From: Candidatus Thermofontivivens primus
GTDB taxonomy: Bacteria > Sysuimicrobiota > Sysuimicrobiia > Sysuimicrobiales > Thermofontiviventaceae
Length of the DNA: 30,256 nucleotides
Reading direction: 5' to 3'
NCBI GenBank assembly: GCA_031458695.1
Contig: JAVKJW010000026.1
Span: forward strand, 1 to 30,256
The position numbers were made by a program, and so were the translations under genes. The notes under the pieces are model-generated. The model worked only from the letters and a program-made list of their open reading frames with translations, searched no databases and had not been told where the DNA came from. This document shows positions 1 to 9,695 of the stretch, piece by piece (position 1 is the stretch's first letter; the number at the start of each line of letters is the position of its first letter).

Positions 1-2
1 GG

Positions 3-413
3 CCTCGGGCAGAAAAGCTCGGCCTTTTCCTCTCCACGTCCCTCCCCAAAGAACCAGTACAAGTCCGGGCGGACCGGGATCGTGTCGAGCAGGTCCTCAC
101 CAACCTCCTCGATAATGCCTTTAAACACACCCCGTCCGGGGGCCACGTTGAGGTACGGATCTCGAGGACACCGGACCAAGTGGCCATTACTGTCTCTGAC
201 ACTGGGGTGGGAATCCCCCCTGCCGACCTTCCGCACATCTTTGAACGGTTCTACCGCGCCGACCGGTCACGCACGCGAGGTTCCGGTGGGAGCGGGCTTG
301 GACTGGCCATCGCCAAGCACATCGTGGAAGCACACGGAGGCCGCATCACCGCCAAAAGCAAGCCTCACGAGGGGACGGAGATCACGTTCACCCTCCCCCG
401 GGAAGGTCCTTAA
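3..413 (+). CDS. Two-component sensor histidine kinase, C-terminal HATPase_c domain (5'-truncated by window edge)
   Basis: Frame is open from nt 3: ...ADRDRVEQVLTNLLDNAFKHT (N box), VSDTGVGIP (G1), IFERFYR (F), GSGLGLAIAKHIVEAHGG (G2); stop TAA at 411-413. Confidence 0.95.
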   Translation, partial: PRAEKLGLFLSTSLPKEPVQVRADRDRVEQVLTNLLDNAFKHTPSGGHVEVRISRTPDQVAITVSDTGVGIPPADLPHIFERFYRADRSRTRGSGGSGLGLAIAKHIVEAHGGRITAKSKPHEGTEITFTLPREGP

Positions 414-417
414 GAAC

Positions 418-446
418 CCAGCGAAACCCTGCAAAGATCCCGCTGG
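418..446. repeat. Intergenic palindrome-family copy (between convergent genes)
   Basis: CCAGCGAAACCCTGCAAAGATCCCGCTGG. Confidence 0.55.
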
Positions 447-449
447 ATC

Positions 450-950
450 CTACTCCTCTGTGATCTCCTTCCACCGGCCTGGTGCGAATACCACGATCTC
501 CACGACACGGTCGGTCAAGACACCCCTCTTCCCGAGGAAAAAGGCGATTCCCAGCCTGTCGAAGATCAATCCCGTCAGGTTTTCCCCCTCCTCGGTCTGG
601 AACTCGTTCCCATACGCCCGGGTGACTTCGTCGCGACGGCTTCCTCCCGTGATCCCCCTGTCCGTCCGATAGGCACTGGTCCGCCACACCGAAATCAGCA
701 CGATCCTCCCACTCTCCTTCTCGGCAACAACAAAGAACGGCGTGAGGGGCCAATCATAGGAGGTAAACTTCCCAGACTGGGAGTCCTCCTTCTCATAGAG
801 GTCACCGAGGAGACTGATCGCCTCGCTGATGGGCGCGCCGATGCGCAACGACCCGACGGACTGTCCGGCGACGATGGTGGAGGATACCTGAGCTACTGCA
901 GGCATGGCCATCACTAAAATGATCGCTACCAAAAGCAAGAACCATTTCAT
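450..950 (-). CDS. Hypothetical secreted protein (166 aa)
   Basis: ATG at 950 follows AGAGGTG/GAGG; Sec signal peptide MKWFLLLVAIILVMAMPAVA|Q. The longer ORF-track start (1154) adds a non-protein-like extension. Confidence 0.75.
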   Translation of the reverse strand: MKWFLLLVAIILVMAMPAVAQVSSTIVAGQSVGSLRIGAPISEAISLLGDLYEKEDSQSGKFTSYDWPLTPFFVVAEKESGRIVLISVWRTSAYRTDRGITGGSRRDEVTRAYGNEFQTEEGENLTGLIFDRLGIAFFLGKRGVLTDRVVEIVVFAPGRWKEITEE

Positions 951-1185
951 CCTCAAATCACCTCTTTCCATTGGTCTTTCACCCCCAACCTCCACTCTCT
1001 CCCATTCCCAGCGGGGAAGCCTTCCGGGAAAGCGCAGGAGCCTGTCGAGAGGGGGAATATGTTCCATTGGGGATATTCCAAGATCTGCCCCTGCTGCCTC
1101 GGGCAACTGGACGATCGCAAGGGGAGTAACTACCTCGCCTTTTTGAAGGAACAAGGGCGGAGATGGCCTGGTGGGGAGCCTTGTG

Positions 1186-1896
1186 TTATGCCCCGAGGTA
1201 AGCCTCCTTCACTCGCTGGTTGGCCCTCAGCTCGCTTGCGGTACCGGAGATGGCAATGGTCCCTGTCTCCAGCACATACCCCCTGTGGGCGATGGTAAGG
1301 GCCATATAGACGTTCTGCTCTACGAGGAGGACCGTGGTCCCTTGCCGGTTGATGTCCTGGATGGTCTCGAAGATCTGTTCCACGAGCACAGGGGCAAGCC
1401 CCATGGAAGGTTCGTCAAGGAGGAGGACGCGTGGCCGGGCCATCAACCCTCTCCCAATGGCCAGCATTTGCTGTTCTCCCCCCGAAAGCGTTCCAGCCAC
1501 CTGGTGCATACGCTCCTTAAGCCTGGGGAAAAGGGTGAACACGCGCTCCAGGTCCTCCTTGATCCCTTTGGGATCCTTGCGCACGAACGCCCCCATGAGG
1601 AGGTTCTCCAGGACAGTGAGACGACCGAAGATACGTCTGCCCTCTGGGACATGCGCGACTCCCATCTCCACAATCTCATGGGGAGGGACATTCTCCAACC
1701 GTCTCCCCTCCAGGAAGATCTGCCCTTCGCGTGGCCGGAGCAGGCCGGAGATGGTCCGCAACGTCGTGCTCTTCCCCGCGCCGTTGCTTCCCAGGAGTGT
1801 TACGATCTCGCCTTCCTCTACGGTGAAGCTAATCCCCTTGAGGGCATGGATGTTCCCATAATAGACATGGAGGTTTTGAACTTCAAGCAGTGCCAC
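1186..1896 (-). CDS. livF: Branched-chain amino acid ABC transporter ATP-binding protein (LivF-type)
   Basis: Walker A GSNGAGKST, HVPEGRRIF, LSGGEQQMLAIGRGLM, LLLDEPSMGLAP, LVEQN, ending AYLG; GTG start after GGAGGG. Confidence 0.93.
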   Translation of the reverse strand: MALLEVQNLHVYYGNIHALKGISFTVEEGEIVTLLGSNGAGKSTTLRTISGLLRPREGQIFLEGRRLENVPPHEIVEMGVAHVPEGRRIFGRLTVLENLLMGAFVRKDPKGIKEDLERVFTLFPRLKERMHQVAGTLSGGEQQMLAIGRGLMARPRVLLLDEPSMGLAPVLVEQIFETIQDINRQGTTVLLVEQNVYMALTIAHRGYVLETGTIAISGTASELRANQRVKEAYLGA

Positions 1897-1943
1897 TTAC
1901 GTCCCTCCCTCTTCACGGAATAAGCTCCCCATCGGGGGATAGA

Positions 1944-3104
1944 TTAAATTACGTACAGTTCCCGCCCCCTTCCTCCTTGGACAAACCGGCCATAGCTCAG
2001 CGAGGAGATGTCCACCGTCTTTGCCTCTCCAAAGACCACAATCTCTGCGATGCACCGGCCCACCGCGGGCGCGTGCATGAATCCATGTCCGGAAAAGCCA
2101 GCCGCCACGATGAACCCCTCAACCTCAGGGATCTTCCCGAGGATCGGGTTGTCATCAGGAGTCGTATCGTAGAGACCAGCCCACCCCCTATGGACGGACG
2201 CTTCAGCAAAGACCGGGACACGGTGGACCGCCCTTGCCAGCACCTTCTCCAGGAACGCCCAATCCACGTGGGTATGGAAGCCAGGCGGTTCGTCTGGATC
2301 AGTCATGCCAAACAGGATCCCCGGCCCCTCTCTGCGGAAGTAGAAGTGCGTGCGGAACTCAATGACCATGGGGAGCCTCTCGGGGAGTTTATCGAATGGC
2401 CCTGTCACGAACACCTGGCGGCGGAAGGGCTGGATGGGGAGGTCCACGCCGGCCATCCTCCCAATCACCCCGGCCCACGGCCCCGCCGCATTGATGACGG
2501 TATGCGTGGAGATCTCCCCTTTGCCCGTGACCACTGAGGTGACGCGGCCTCTTGTGACCTTGATCCCTGTCACCTCCACGCCCTCCACGATGGAAACCCC
2601 CATCCTCCTCGCCGCGGCAGCGTATCCCATCGCCACGCTATACGGGTCCGCATACCCATCGGTAGGGCAGAAGGTCGCAGCCAGCACGTCTCCCACATGA
2701 AGCTGGGGGACGATCTCCTTCGCCTCCTCCTTTGCAATCAACCGCACTGGGACACCAAGAGATTGCTGGAGTGCCACGTTTGTCGAGAATGCCTCTACCT
2801 CCTCTGGAGTGGTGGCCAGGAAGAGATAGCCGTACTGGCGAAAGTCGATATCCTGGCCTACCTCCTCTTTGAAGCGTTCGTAGGCTTGCACACTGTACAG
2901 GGAAAGGCGGACATTCACCTCAGAGGCAAACTGTTGGCGGATGCCCCCCGCGCTTCGGCCCGTTGAACCAGAGGCGATCCCCAGGCGATCCACCACTACA
3001 ACGTCCCGCACGCCCAGGCTCGCTAGGTGGTAGGCGATGCTGAGGCCGGTAGAACCGGCCCCCACAATCACAACCTCGGCGCTCCTCGGGACACTTTCTC
3101 CCAC
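1944..3104 (-). CDS. FAD-dependent oxidoreductase (DAO family; sarcosine oxidase beta / dye-linked proline dehydrogenase beta-like)
   Basis: VVIVGAGSTG dinucleotide motif, GSTGRSAGGIRQQF, INAAGPW, WAGLYDTTPD, GFSGHGFMHAPAVG; probable GTG start at 3104 after AAGGGAGG. Confidence 0.9.
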   Translation of the reverse strand: MGESVPRSAEVVIVGAGSTGLSIAYHLASLGVRDVVVVDRLGIASGSTGRSAGGIRQQFASEVNVRLSLYSVQAYERFKEEVGQDIDFRQYGYLFLATTPEEVEAFSTNVALQQSLGVPVRLIAKEEAKEIVPQLHVGDVLAATFCPTDGYADPYSVAMGYAAAARRMGVSIVEGVEVTGIKVTRGRVTSVVTGKGEISTHTVINAAGPWAGVIGRMAGVDLPIQPFRRQVFVTGPFDKLPERLPMVIEFRTHFYFRREGPGILFGMTDPDEPPGFHTHVDWAFLEKVLARAVHRVPVFAEASVHRGWAGLYDTTPDDNPILGKIPEVEGFIVAAGFSGHGFMHAPAVGRCIAEIVVFGEAKTVDISSLSYGRFVQGGRGRELYVI

Positions 3105-3174
3105 CTCTTTCCCTCCCTTCACGAACTGTCAAAGGACTTTGACGTTGTCCGGAGGCCGCCTGGAAACTCCCTAT

Positions 3175-3208
3175 CCCAGCGGAATCCTGGCAAAGGATTT
3201 CGCTCGGG
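3175..3208. repeat. Intergenic palindrome-family copy
   Basis: CCCAGCGGAATCCT-GGCAA-AGGATTTCGCTCGGG. Confidence 0.6.
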
Positions 3209-3273
3209 CAACTTCCGACGCACCCACTTCCACCAGCGGGGAGAACCCCCTACCTCTTTCAATAGGACAGGTT

Positions 3274-4545
3274 TTAGGGGTAGATCCCCCTGGTCATGAG
3301 GGCATCGGAGACCCTGCTGATGGCCCGGATCATCGCACCAGTTCGCAGGTCCACCTTATACTTCTCCGCCGTCTCGAGGACATGGTAGAAGCTCTGAACC
3401 ATCAGCCTCTCCAACCTCTGGTTGATCTCCTCCTCCGTCCAGAAGAAAGACTGGAGATCTTGGACCCACTCGAAGTAGGAAACGATGACTCCACCGGAGT
3501 TGGCCAGGATGTCCGGGATCACCGTCACCCCCCGCTCCTTCAAAATCTCGTCTGCCTCCGGGGTGGTCGGACCGTTGGCCCCTTCGACGATCAGCTTCGC
3601 CTTGATCTTCGGGGCGTTCGCCCCTGTGATCGCACCCTCCAGGGCGCTGGGAATGAGGATATCGCAAGGGAGCTCTAGGAGCTCCTCGTTGGTCACAACG
3701 TCTGCGCCTGGAAAATCCACCACGGATCCGGTCTTCCGCTTGTGGTCCAGGACCTGACGCGGATCAATCCCCTTTGGGTTATAGATCCCTCCCCGGCTGT
3801 CGCTCACTGCAATGACCTTGGCCCCCGCGTCGTGCATCAGGTACGCTGCCACAGACCCGACGTTCCCAAATCCTTGAACAACGACCCTCGCCTCTTGGAG
3901 CGGGATCCCCAGGTATTTCGCCCCCTCCCGGGCGACAATCATACACCCTCGACCCGTCGCTTCAAACCGCCCCTGGGATCCTCCAATGCTAATAGGCTTC
4001 CCCGTCACTACCGCCGGCACAGAGTAGCCCCGGTGCATGCTGTAGGTATCCATGATCCAGGCCATCACCTGGGGGTTCGTCCCCACATCCGGGGCCGGGA
4101 TATCGCTTTCGGGCCCCATGAGGATGCTGATCTCGGTGGCGTACCGGCGGGTCAAGTTCTCCAGCTCGTTCATGGACATCTTCTTGGGATCGCACACAAC
4201 CCCGCCCTTCGCGCCTCCGTACGGCAAGCCAGCAACGGCGCACTTCCAGGTCATCCACATCGCCAGTGCCCTAACCTCGTTGAGGGTCACGTCAGGGTGA
4301 TAGCGGATCCCACCCTTGGTGGGCCCCAGGACCGTGCTATGATGGACGCGATATCCCGTGAAAATTCGCACGGACCCATCGTCCATCTTCACGGGGAAGT
4401 TCACAGTCAGCTCCCGCTTGGGATAGGCGAGGAACTCCCTGATCCCCCTTTTGAGGGGAAGGTAATCCGCTGCCCGGTGGAACTGTTCCAGGGCCATCTC
4501 CCAGGGATCTTCCTTGGGCCTGGTGAGGACCGTCTCCTGGCTCAT
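3274..4545 (-). CDS. gdhA: Glu/Leu/Phe/Val dehydrogenase (glutamate dehydrogenase)
   Basis: [78 protein letters not shown]. Confidence 0.95.
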   Translation of the reverse strand: MSQETVLTRPKEDPWEMALEQFHRAADYLPLKRGIREFLAYPKRELTVNFPVKMDDGSVRIFTGYRVHHSTVLGPTKGGIRYHPDVTLNEVRALAMWMTWKCAVAGLPYGGAKGGVVCDPKKMSMNELENLTRRYATEISILMGPESDIPAPDVGTNPQVMAWIMDTYSMHRGYSVPAVVTGKPISIGGSQGRFEATGRGCMIVAREGAKYLGIPLQEARVVVQGFGNVGSVAAYLMHDAGAKVIAVSDSRGGIYNPKGIDPRQVLDHKRKTGSVVDFPGADVVTNEELLELPCDILIPSALEGAITGANAPKIKAKLIVEGANGPTTPEADEILKERGVTVIPDILANSGGVIVSYFEWVQDLQSFFWTEEEINQRLERLMVQSFYHVLETAEKYKVDLRTGAMIRAISRVSDALMTRGIYP

Positions 4546-4680
4546 AGATCTCGCACCCTCCTTTTGGGAGTATTGGTGTGGCGCCTAGTAAGACTTCTCG
4601 ACAAGGCAAAGAAATCCCTCTGACCAACGTGCTTGGGAGAAAAACGATTCGCTTTGTGGATCCAGTATATGCCAACGGGG

Positions 4681-5532
4681 CTAGCGGACCAGGTTGGAAA
4701 CAGGAACGATCTCGATCCCCGCTGCATCGATTTCAGGAAGCATCTCTGCCAGGACCTTTGCCGTCTTCCTGTGAACGTGCCCAATGGCGATGGCCTCACC
4801 TTGTCGGAGGGCGATCTCGATGAGCTTCTTGATCTGCCCGGCGATATACTCTGGGTCATCCTCATTGTCCAAGAAGACATGTCGGGAGGCCGCGGGAACT
4901 CCGAGCTGCCGTGCCAGGACCTCTCCAAGGGAGCGAGGGGATGTCTTGCTGTCCACAAAGAAGAGCCCTCGTTCCTTCACCTCCTGGAGGATCGCCCGCA
5001 TGACCCGTGGGTCGGACGTCCCCAGGGACCCCATATGGTTATTCACCCCCCTGACCCCGGGGACTGCAGAGAGGTCGTCCTTTACCACGCGCCGGATCTC
5101 TTCCTCTCCCATGTCCACCCTGATCCCTCCTGGCCCCAGTGCCTTCTCGGGATCTTCTGGCTGAATAGGAAGGTGAAGGAGCACCTCCAGCCCCTCTTGG
5201 GCCGCCCTCTCAGCGATCTGTCGGGAGTAGCGCAGGTGGGGGAGGACTGCGATGGTTACAGGCCTTTGGAGGGAGAGGACCGCGAGGAAATCCTCCCAGC
5301 TTCCCCCGGCGTCGTCGAAGATAATGGCAACGCGTGCCTTCCGGTCAGCGGGGGGAGAAGGAGGAGACTCCTTGGAGACCTTCGGAGCCTCTGGAGTTTT
5401 GGGAACCGGCACAACGTGTTGGGGCCGGGGAATCGGTGGGAAAGCCTGGCGCCTGGAAGCCAAAAAAGCCCCTGTCCCAACGCCTGCAAAGACAGTCACA
5501 AGAAGGATGAGGAAGAGGGAGGGCCGCTTCAT
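4681..5532 (-). CDS. Divergent polysaccharide deacetylase (YibQ-like), membrane anchored
   Basis: N-terminal TM, Pro-rich linker, AIIFDDAG, EVLLHLP, GVNNHMGS, FFVDSKT, FLDN, AIAIGH; ATGA overlap with the ctpA stop. Confidence 0.9.
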   Translation of the reverse strand: MKRPSLFLILLVTVFAGVGTGAFLASRRQAFPPIPRPQHVVPVPKTPEAPKVSKESPPSPPADRKARVAIIFDDAGGSWEDFLAVLSLQRPVTIAVLPHLRYSRQIAERAAQEGLEVLLHLPIQPEDPEKALGPGGIRVDMGEEEIRRVVKDDLSAVPGVRGVNNHMGSLGTSDPRVMRAILQEVKERGLFFVDSKTSPRSLGEVLARQLGVPAASRHVFLDNEDDPEYIAGQIKKLIEIALRQGEAIAIGHVHRKTAKVLAEMLPEIDAAGIEIVPVSNLVR

Positions 5533-6746
5533 TTCCTCCTCACCAACATGTTCTTGAGCACCTCGATGGCCTTGCTGAGTTGCTGGGCTTGGATCTTCCG
5601 CACCTCCAGGTCCGGCTTCCCTTCGATCCTCTCCCCCGCCACAACGGTCGGTGAAAGGCCTTTCTTGTGAATGTCTCGTCCTTTCGGGGTGAGATAACGG
5701 GCAGTGGTAATCGACGCCGCCGCCCCTCCAGGGAGCGGGACGATGGTCTGGATCACCCCTTTCCCGAACGTCTGCACACCCACGAGGGGCGCGTCCAACC
5801 TGTCCTGCAAGGCCCCCGCGAGGATCTCCGCCGCACTCGCCGTGAACTCGTTTACGAGGACCACCACAGGTCCCTTGAAGATCGCGCCCCCTTTAGCCAT
5901 GGAAGCTTCCTTCTTCCCGTTCCGGTCCACCACATAGACCACAGGACCGCCCTCTAGAAAGTCGTCCGCCACCTTGATGACAGAGTCCAGCAACCCGCCG
6001 CCGTTGTTCCGCAGGTCCAGAATGAGCCCCCGGATGCCCCTTTGGACCATCGGCCGGAGCGTTTCCTCGAAATCCCGGCTCGTGGCCTCGTTGAAGGTAA
6101 GGATGCGGACATATCCCAGGCGCTCCTGTTCCAGCTCCTTTCGCACTGCTGCATCCACGATCTCGGGCCCCTGTACTGTATCGATCTGGATCTTAGCCCG
6201 GACAATCTCGACCTCGAAGACACGACCTTCCCGCTCCAACTTCAGGCGCACTGTGGTACCTGCCGGGCCCCGGATGCGCATGACCGCCTCTTGAAGCGCC
6301 ATGTCTTTGGTGGAGACGCCATCGATGGAAAGAATCTTGTCGCCTGGACGAAGCCCCTTCCGGTGAGCGGGTGTGCCCTCAATGGGCTGGACGACGATGA
6401 GGTGGCCATCCCGGATGTCGATGAAGATGCCGATGCCATTGAAGACCCCTCTCGCATCCTCCTGGAAGATCCGATAGGCCCTGGGCTCCATGAAGCGCGT
6501 GTAAGGGTCGCCGAGGGCCTCCAGCATCCCCTTGGCAGCCCCGTACATGAGCCGGTCCAGATCGATTTTCCGCTCGATGTAGTACTGTTGGACAGCGCTC
6601 AGGAGCTCTCGCAGGAGAGCCATCCCCTGGGTTTGCGTCTCCGCGGCCGAAGCCCTGCGCTGGCCATATCCGTAGCCAGCCCAGAAGGCCCCAAGAAGAA
6701 GGAACCCTATCAGCACCGTTGCAGCCAATTTCTTTCGGATCCGCAT
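5529..6746 (-). CDS. ctpA: S41 carboxyl-terminal processing protease with PDZ domain
   Basis: LGDPYT, GIGI (PDZ), ILDLRNNGGGLL, TASAAEI (catalytic Ser), TFGKG (Lys); start placed at ATG 6746 (MRIRKK) after GAGGCGG. Confidence 0.92.
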   Translation of the reverse strand: MRIRKKLAATVLIGFLLLGAFWAGYGYGQRRASAAETQTQGMALLRELLSAVQQYYIERKIDLDRLMYGAAKGMLEALGDPYTRFMEPRAYRIFQEDARGVFNGIGIFIDIRDGHLIVVQPIEGTPAHRKGLRPGDKILSIDGVSTKDMALQEAVMRIRGPAGTTVRLKLEREGRVFEVEIVRAKIQIDTVQGPEIVDAAVRKELEQERLGYVRILTFNEATSRDFEETLRPMVQRGIRGLILDLRNNGGGLLDSVIKVADDFLEGGPVVYVVDRNGKKEASMAKGGAIFKGPVVVLVNEFTASAAEILAGALQDRLDAPLVGVQTFGKGVIQTIVPLPGGAAASITTARYLTPKGRDIHKKGLSPTVVAGERIEGKPDLEVRKIQAQQLSKAIEVLKNMLVRRK

Positions 6747-6878
6747 CGCACACCGCCTCAGCTTCTTTATCATCCGGTCCTTACACACTCATACACGATA
6801 CACGAACGAACGGAACATCGCAATCCCTGAGAACTCTTCCCTGATTGCAGGAAGGAGACTTTTCTCTCGGCAGGACGA

Positions 6879-8024
6879 TCAGGGGGCGAGTGGGTCCACG
6901 GGGCGGCCGTCGATGCGAATCTCAAAGTGGAGGTGAGGTCCGGTGCTGTACCCTGTGCTCCCTACCCTGCCGATGATCTGGCCTCGTTTCACCTTTTGCC
7001 CAAGCTCCACAAGGATCGTCGAGAGGTGCGCGTACAGCGTGGAGAGCCCCCCGCCGTGATCGATCACCACAATCTTCCCATATCCCCCAAACCAGCCTGC
7101 ATAGATCACCTCGCCATCCCCTGCAGCTGGCACTGGGGTCCCCCACGTAGATGCGATATCCACCCCCGTATGCATCTTGGCGATGCGGAAGATAGGATGC
7201 CGCCGAACCCCGAACCCTGAGGTGATTTCCCCCTCTAGCGGCCAGAGAAGCGCTCCCCGAGAGATCACGCCAAAGCGCCGGCTCCCCGCTTGGATCTGCC
7301 GGATGAGTTCCTCGAGCTCCTTGGATTCCCGCTCCAGATCCTCCACGACTTGTTCGTAGAGGGCACGCTTCTGGGCGATCTCTGCCAGGAGCTGGCGCTT
7401 CCTCTCCGCCTCCTGCTCTAGAGCGCGCTGCTCGCGCTGAACCTGGGAGATGAGCCCCTGGAGCTCCTCTTGCTGGGAGGCGAGCTGCGCCCTGAGCTCT
7501 CTCCATCTCTGCGTCTCCTCCACAAGGTCCTGGATCAACTCCCCGTCCCTGCGGACGATCAAGCCCAAGTAGGTGTAGTGGGTCACGAACTCCCCGAAAT
7601 CCCGAGAGCCCAAGAGGAGGTCGAGATACCCGACCCGCCCCCATTGATAGATCTGGCGGAGGCGCATCCCTAAGGCTTGGCGCTGTCTTCTCAACCGTCC
7701 CTCGCTGATCGTCAGCTTGGTCCCTGTGGCCTGGATCCGTGCCTGAACCTGGCGCAGCTGCCGCTGCAACAACTTCAGCCTTATCTCGTTTCGCTCCATT
7801 GCCCTGTCCAGCTGCTCCACCTCATCCAGCACCCGCCGCTGCTCCCGTTTCACCTTCCGGAGCCGCGATCGTTCCTCCTGGAGACGGCGCTGGATCTGCT
7901 CCAACTCCCCACGCCGCTTAGAGAGCGAATCTGCGCTATACAAAGGGAACTCCAAGAAAAAAAGTACTGCTGCAGCGATGAGCAGGAGGATGATCCCTTT
8001 GCAAAGAAACGCTTTCCTCCTCAC
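6879..8024 (-). CDS. EnvC-family coiled-coil / M23 peptidase (murein hydrolase or activator)
   Basis: Signal/TM, long coiled coil, WPLEGEITSGFG, HTGVD and HLH (M23 HxxxD/HxH zinc ligands intact); directly downstream of ftsEX. Confidence 0.92.
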   Translation of the reverse strand: MRRKAFLCKGIILLLIAAAVLFFLEFPLYSADSLSKRRGELEQIQRRLQEERSRLRKVKREQRRVLDEVEQLDRAMERNEIRLKLLQRQLRQVQARIQATGTKLTISEGRLRRQRQALGMRLRQIYQWGRVGYLDLLLGSRDFGEFVTHYTYLGLIVRRDGELIQDLVEETQRWRELRAQLASQQEELQGLISQVQREQRALEQEAERKRQLLAEIAQKRALYEQVVEDLERESKELEELIRQIQAGSRRFGVISRGALLWPLEGEITSGFGVRRHPIFRIAKMHTGVDIASTWGTPVPAAGDGEVIYAGWFGGYGKIVVIDHGGGLSTLYAHLSTILVELGQKVKRGQIIGRVGSTGYSTGPHLHFEIRIDGRPVDPLAP

Positions 8025-8028
8025 CTCC

Positions 8029-9009
8029 TCACCTCACCCTGAGCCTCCCCAGAGGGTGTATAGGCTTACGGCGGGGACGGCCGAGAGGATCCCTTGCCCT
8101 GGGTTCCTTTGGATGGAAGAAGCGATGGAGGGAGATGAGGCTCCCTCCGATTCCCATCCCCGCGCCAGTGGTCACAAGGACGAGCGCCACCCTGGGGAGA
8201 ATTGCAGGTGGCTCCAAGAGGGGAAGGAAAGGGATCACGGTTGCAAGGCGATATACCCCAACGATGTACGCCAGGGAAAGGAACGCGATCACAGGGATGG
8301 CTGCAAGGAATCCCTCCAGGAGCCCCTCTAAGAGGAACGGCCAGCGGATGAACCAATTTGTCGCTCCCACGAGCTTCATAATTTCAATCTCCTGTCGCCG
8401 GGCGAGGATGGTCAGGTGGATAGTGTTCACGATGATCACCATCGCCACCCCGGCGAAGAGGGCAACCCCCAGGGCCGACGTGAACCGGACCGTTCGAGTG
8501 AGGGCCAAGAGCCGGTCGATCACCTGCCTCCCGTAGGTCACCTCCTCGACCCCCGGAACTCTGCGCACCTCCTGTACCACCTCAGGGATCCGCGCTGGGT
8601 CGTGGACCGTGATCTCCAGGGAATCGGGGAGGGGGTTCGTATCGAGGAGGTCCCGAAGCACGACCCGGTTCTTGAACGATTCCTGGAGTCTAGCCAGGGC
8701 AACTTCCTTGGACACGAACCGGACCTCGCGCACATGGGGGATCCTTTCGACTCTCCTAAGGAGGGAAGTCCGTTCCCGCGCATCTGTGCCGTCGCGCAGG
8801 TAGGCGACGATTTCCACTTGGGATTCCACAATATCGGCAAGATATGCAAGGTTGGCCTGGAGGAGGAGGGAGGAGCCGAGGATGAGCAGGGCTACCATCC
8901 CTGTCAGGACAGCGGCGACACTCATCATGCCGTTCCGCAGTAAGCCCAGCCACGCCTCCTGGCAGAAATACCAGAAGGTCCGCCAGAGGTGCCTAGCCTT
9001 CTTGCGCAT
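8029..9009 (-). CDS. ftsX: Cell division permease FtsX
   Basis: RNGMMS, FVSKEVAL, NPLPDS, IVNTIHLTILARRQEIEIMKLVGATNWFIRWPFLLEG; ATG at 9009 overlaps the ftsE 3' end. Confidence 0.93.
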   Translation of the reverse strand: MRKKARHLWRTFWYFCQEAWLGLLRNGMMSVAAVLTGMVALLILGSSLLLQANLAYLADIVESQVEIVAYLRDGTDARERTSLLRRVERIPHVREVRFVSKEVALARLQESFKNRVVLRDLLDTNPLPDSLEITVHDPARIPEVVQEVRRVPGVEEVTYGRQVIDRLLALTRTVRFTSALGVALFAGVAMVIIVNTIHLTILARRQEIEIMKLVGATNWFIRWPFLLEGLLEGFLAAIPVIAFLSLAYIVGVYRLATVIPFLPLLEPPAILPRVALVLVTTGAGMGIGGSLISLHRFFHPKEPRARDPLGRPRRKPIHPLGRLRVR

Positions 9010-9679
9010 AGAGGCCGTGCTGTTGATCGCGCACCACCATCCCCTCGGAGAGTTCGACGACGCGCTTCCGGAGCATGTCCACAATGATCTTGTTGTGCGT
9101 GGTCACCACTACGGTCGTCCCCCGGCGGTTGATGGCCGCAAGGAGCTGGATGATCTCCCAGGAGGTTGCGGGATCGAGGTTTCCGGTGGGCTCGTCCGCC
9201 AGAAGGATAGGCGGTTCGTGGACGAGGGCCCTGGCGATGCTTACCCGCTGCTGCTCCCCTCCCGAGAGCTGGTGGGGGAAGGATAGGGCTTTATCCAAGA
9301 GGCCCACTACCGCCAGTGCCCTGCCCACCCGCCGAGGGATCTCCTCCTCTGGCGCTCCGGTAACGTGAAGGGCGAAGGCCACGTTCTCCCAAGCTGTCTT
9401 GTGGGGGAGAAGCTTGAAGTCTTGAAAGACAACGCCAATCCTCCTGCGCAGGTAAGGAATCTGGCGGGAAGGGAGGCGGGTAACGTCCTGGGAGCCCACG
9501 AAGACCTTTCCCCTGGTGGGTACCTCATCCCGGTAGATCATCCGCAGGAGGGTCGATTTCCCCGCCCCGGTAGGCCCCACGATGAACACGAACTCCCCAG
9601 GGGAGATGTGCAGGTTCACACCCTGGAGGGCCTTCACCCCGTTGGGATAGATCTTAGAGACTCCTTGGAAGACAATCAC
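8993..9679 (-). CDS. ftsE: Cell division ATP-binding protein FtsE
   Basis: GPTGAGKST, IPYLRRRIGVVFQDFKLL, LSGGEQQRVSIARA, LADEPTGNLDP; GTG start at 9679 after AAGGAGG. Confidence 0.95.
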   Translation of the reverse strand: MIVFQGVSKIYPNGVKALQGVNLHISPGEFVFIVGPTGAGKSTLLRMIYRDEVPTRGKVFVGSQDVTRLPSRQIPYLRRRIGVVFQDFKLLPHKTAWENVAFALHVTGAPEEEIPRRVGRALAVVGLLDKALSFPHQLSGGEQQRVSIARALVHEPPILLADEPTGNLDPATSWEIIQLLAAINRRGTTVVVTTHNKIIVDMLRKRVVELSEGMVVRDQQHGLYAQEG

Positions 9680-9695
9680 CTTCTCCCCTCCTTGA

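Noticed and set aside
951..1154. 68-aa N-terminal extension of the 450..1154 ORF
   Set aside because: The signal peptide and SD begin at ATG 950; the upstream part is a hairpin-rich intergenic region.
4633..6830. Long plus-strand ORFs (e.g. 4633-5670, 6042-6830; likewise 3742-4623 and 19365-20321)
   Set aside because: Antisense shadows of well-supported minus-strand genes, expected in high-GC DNA; no motifs.
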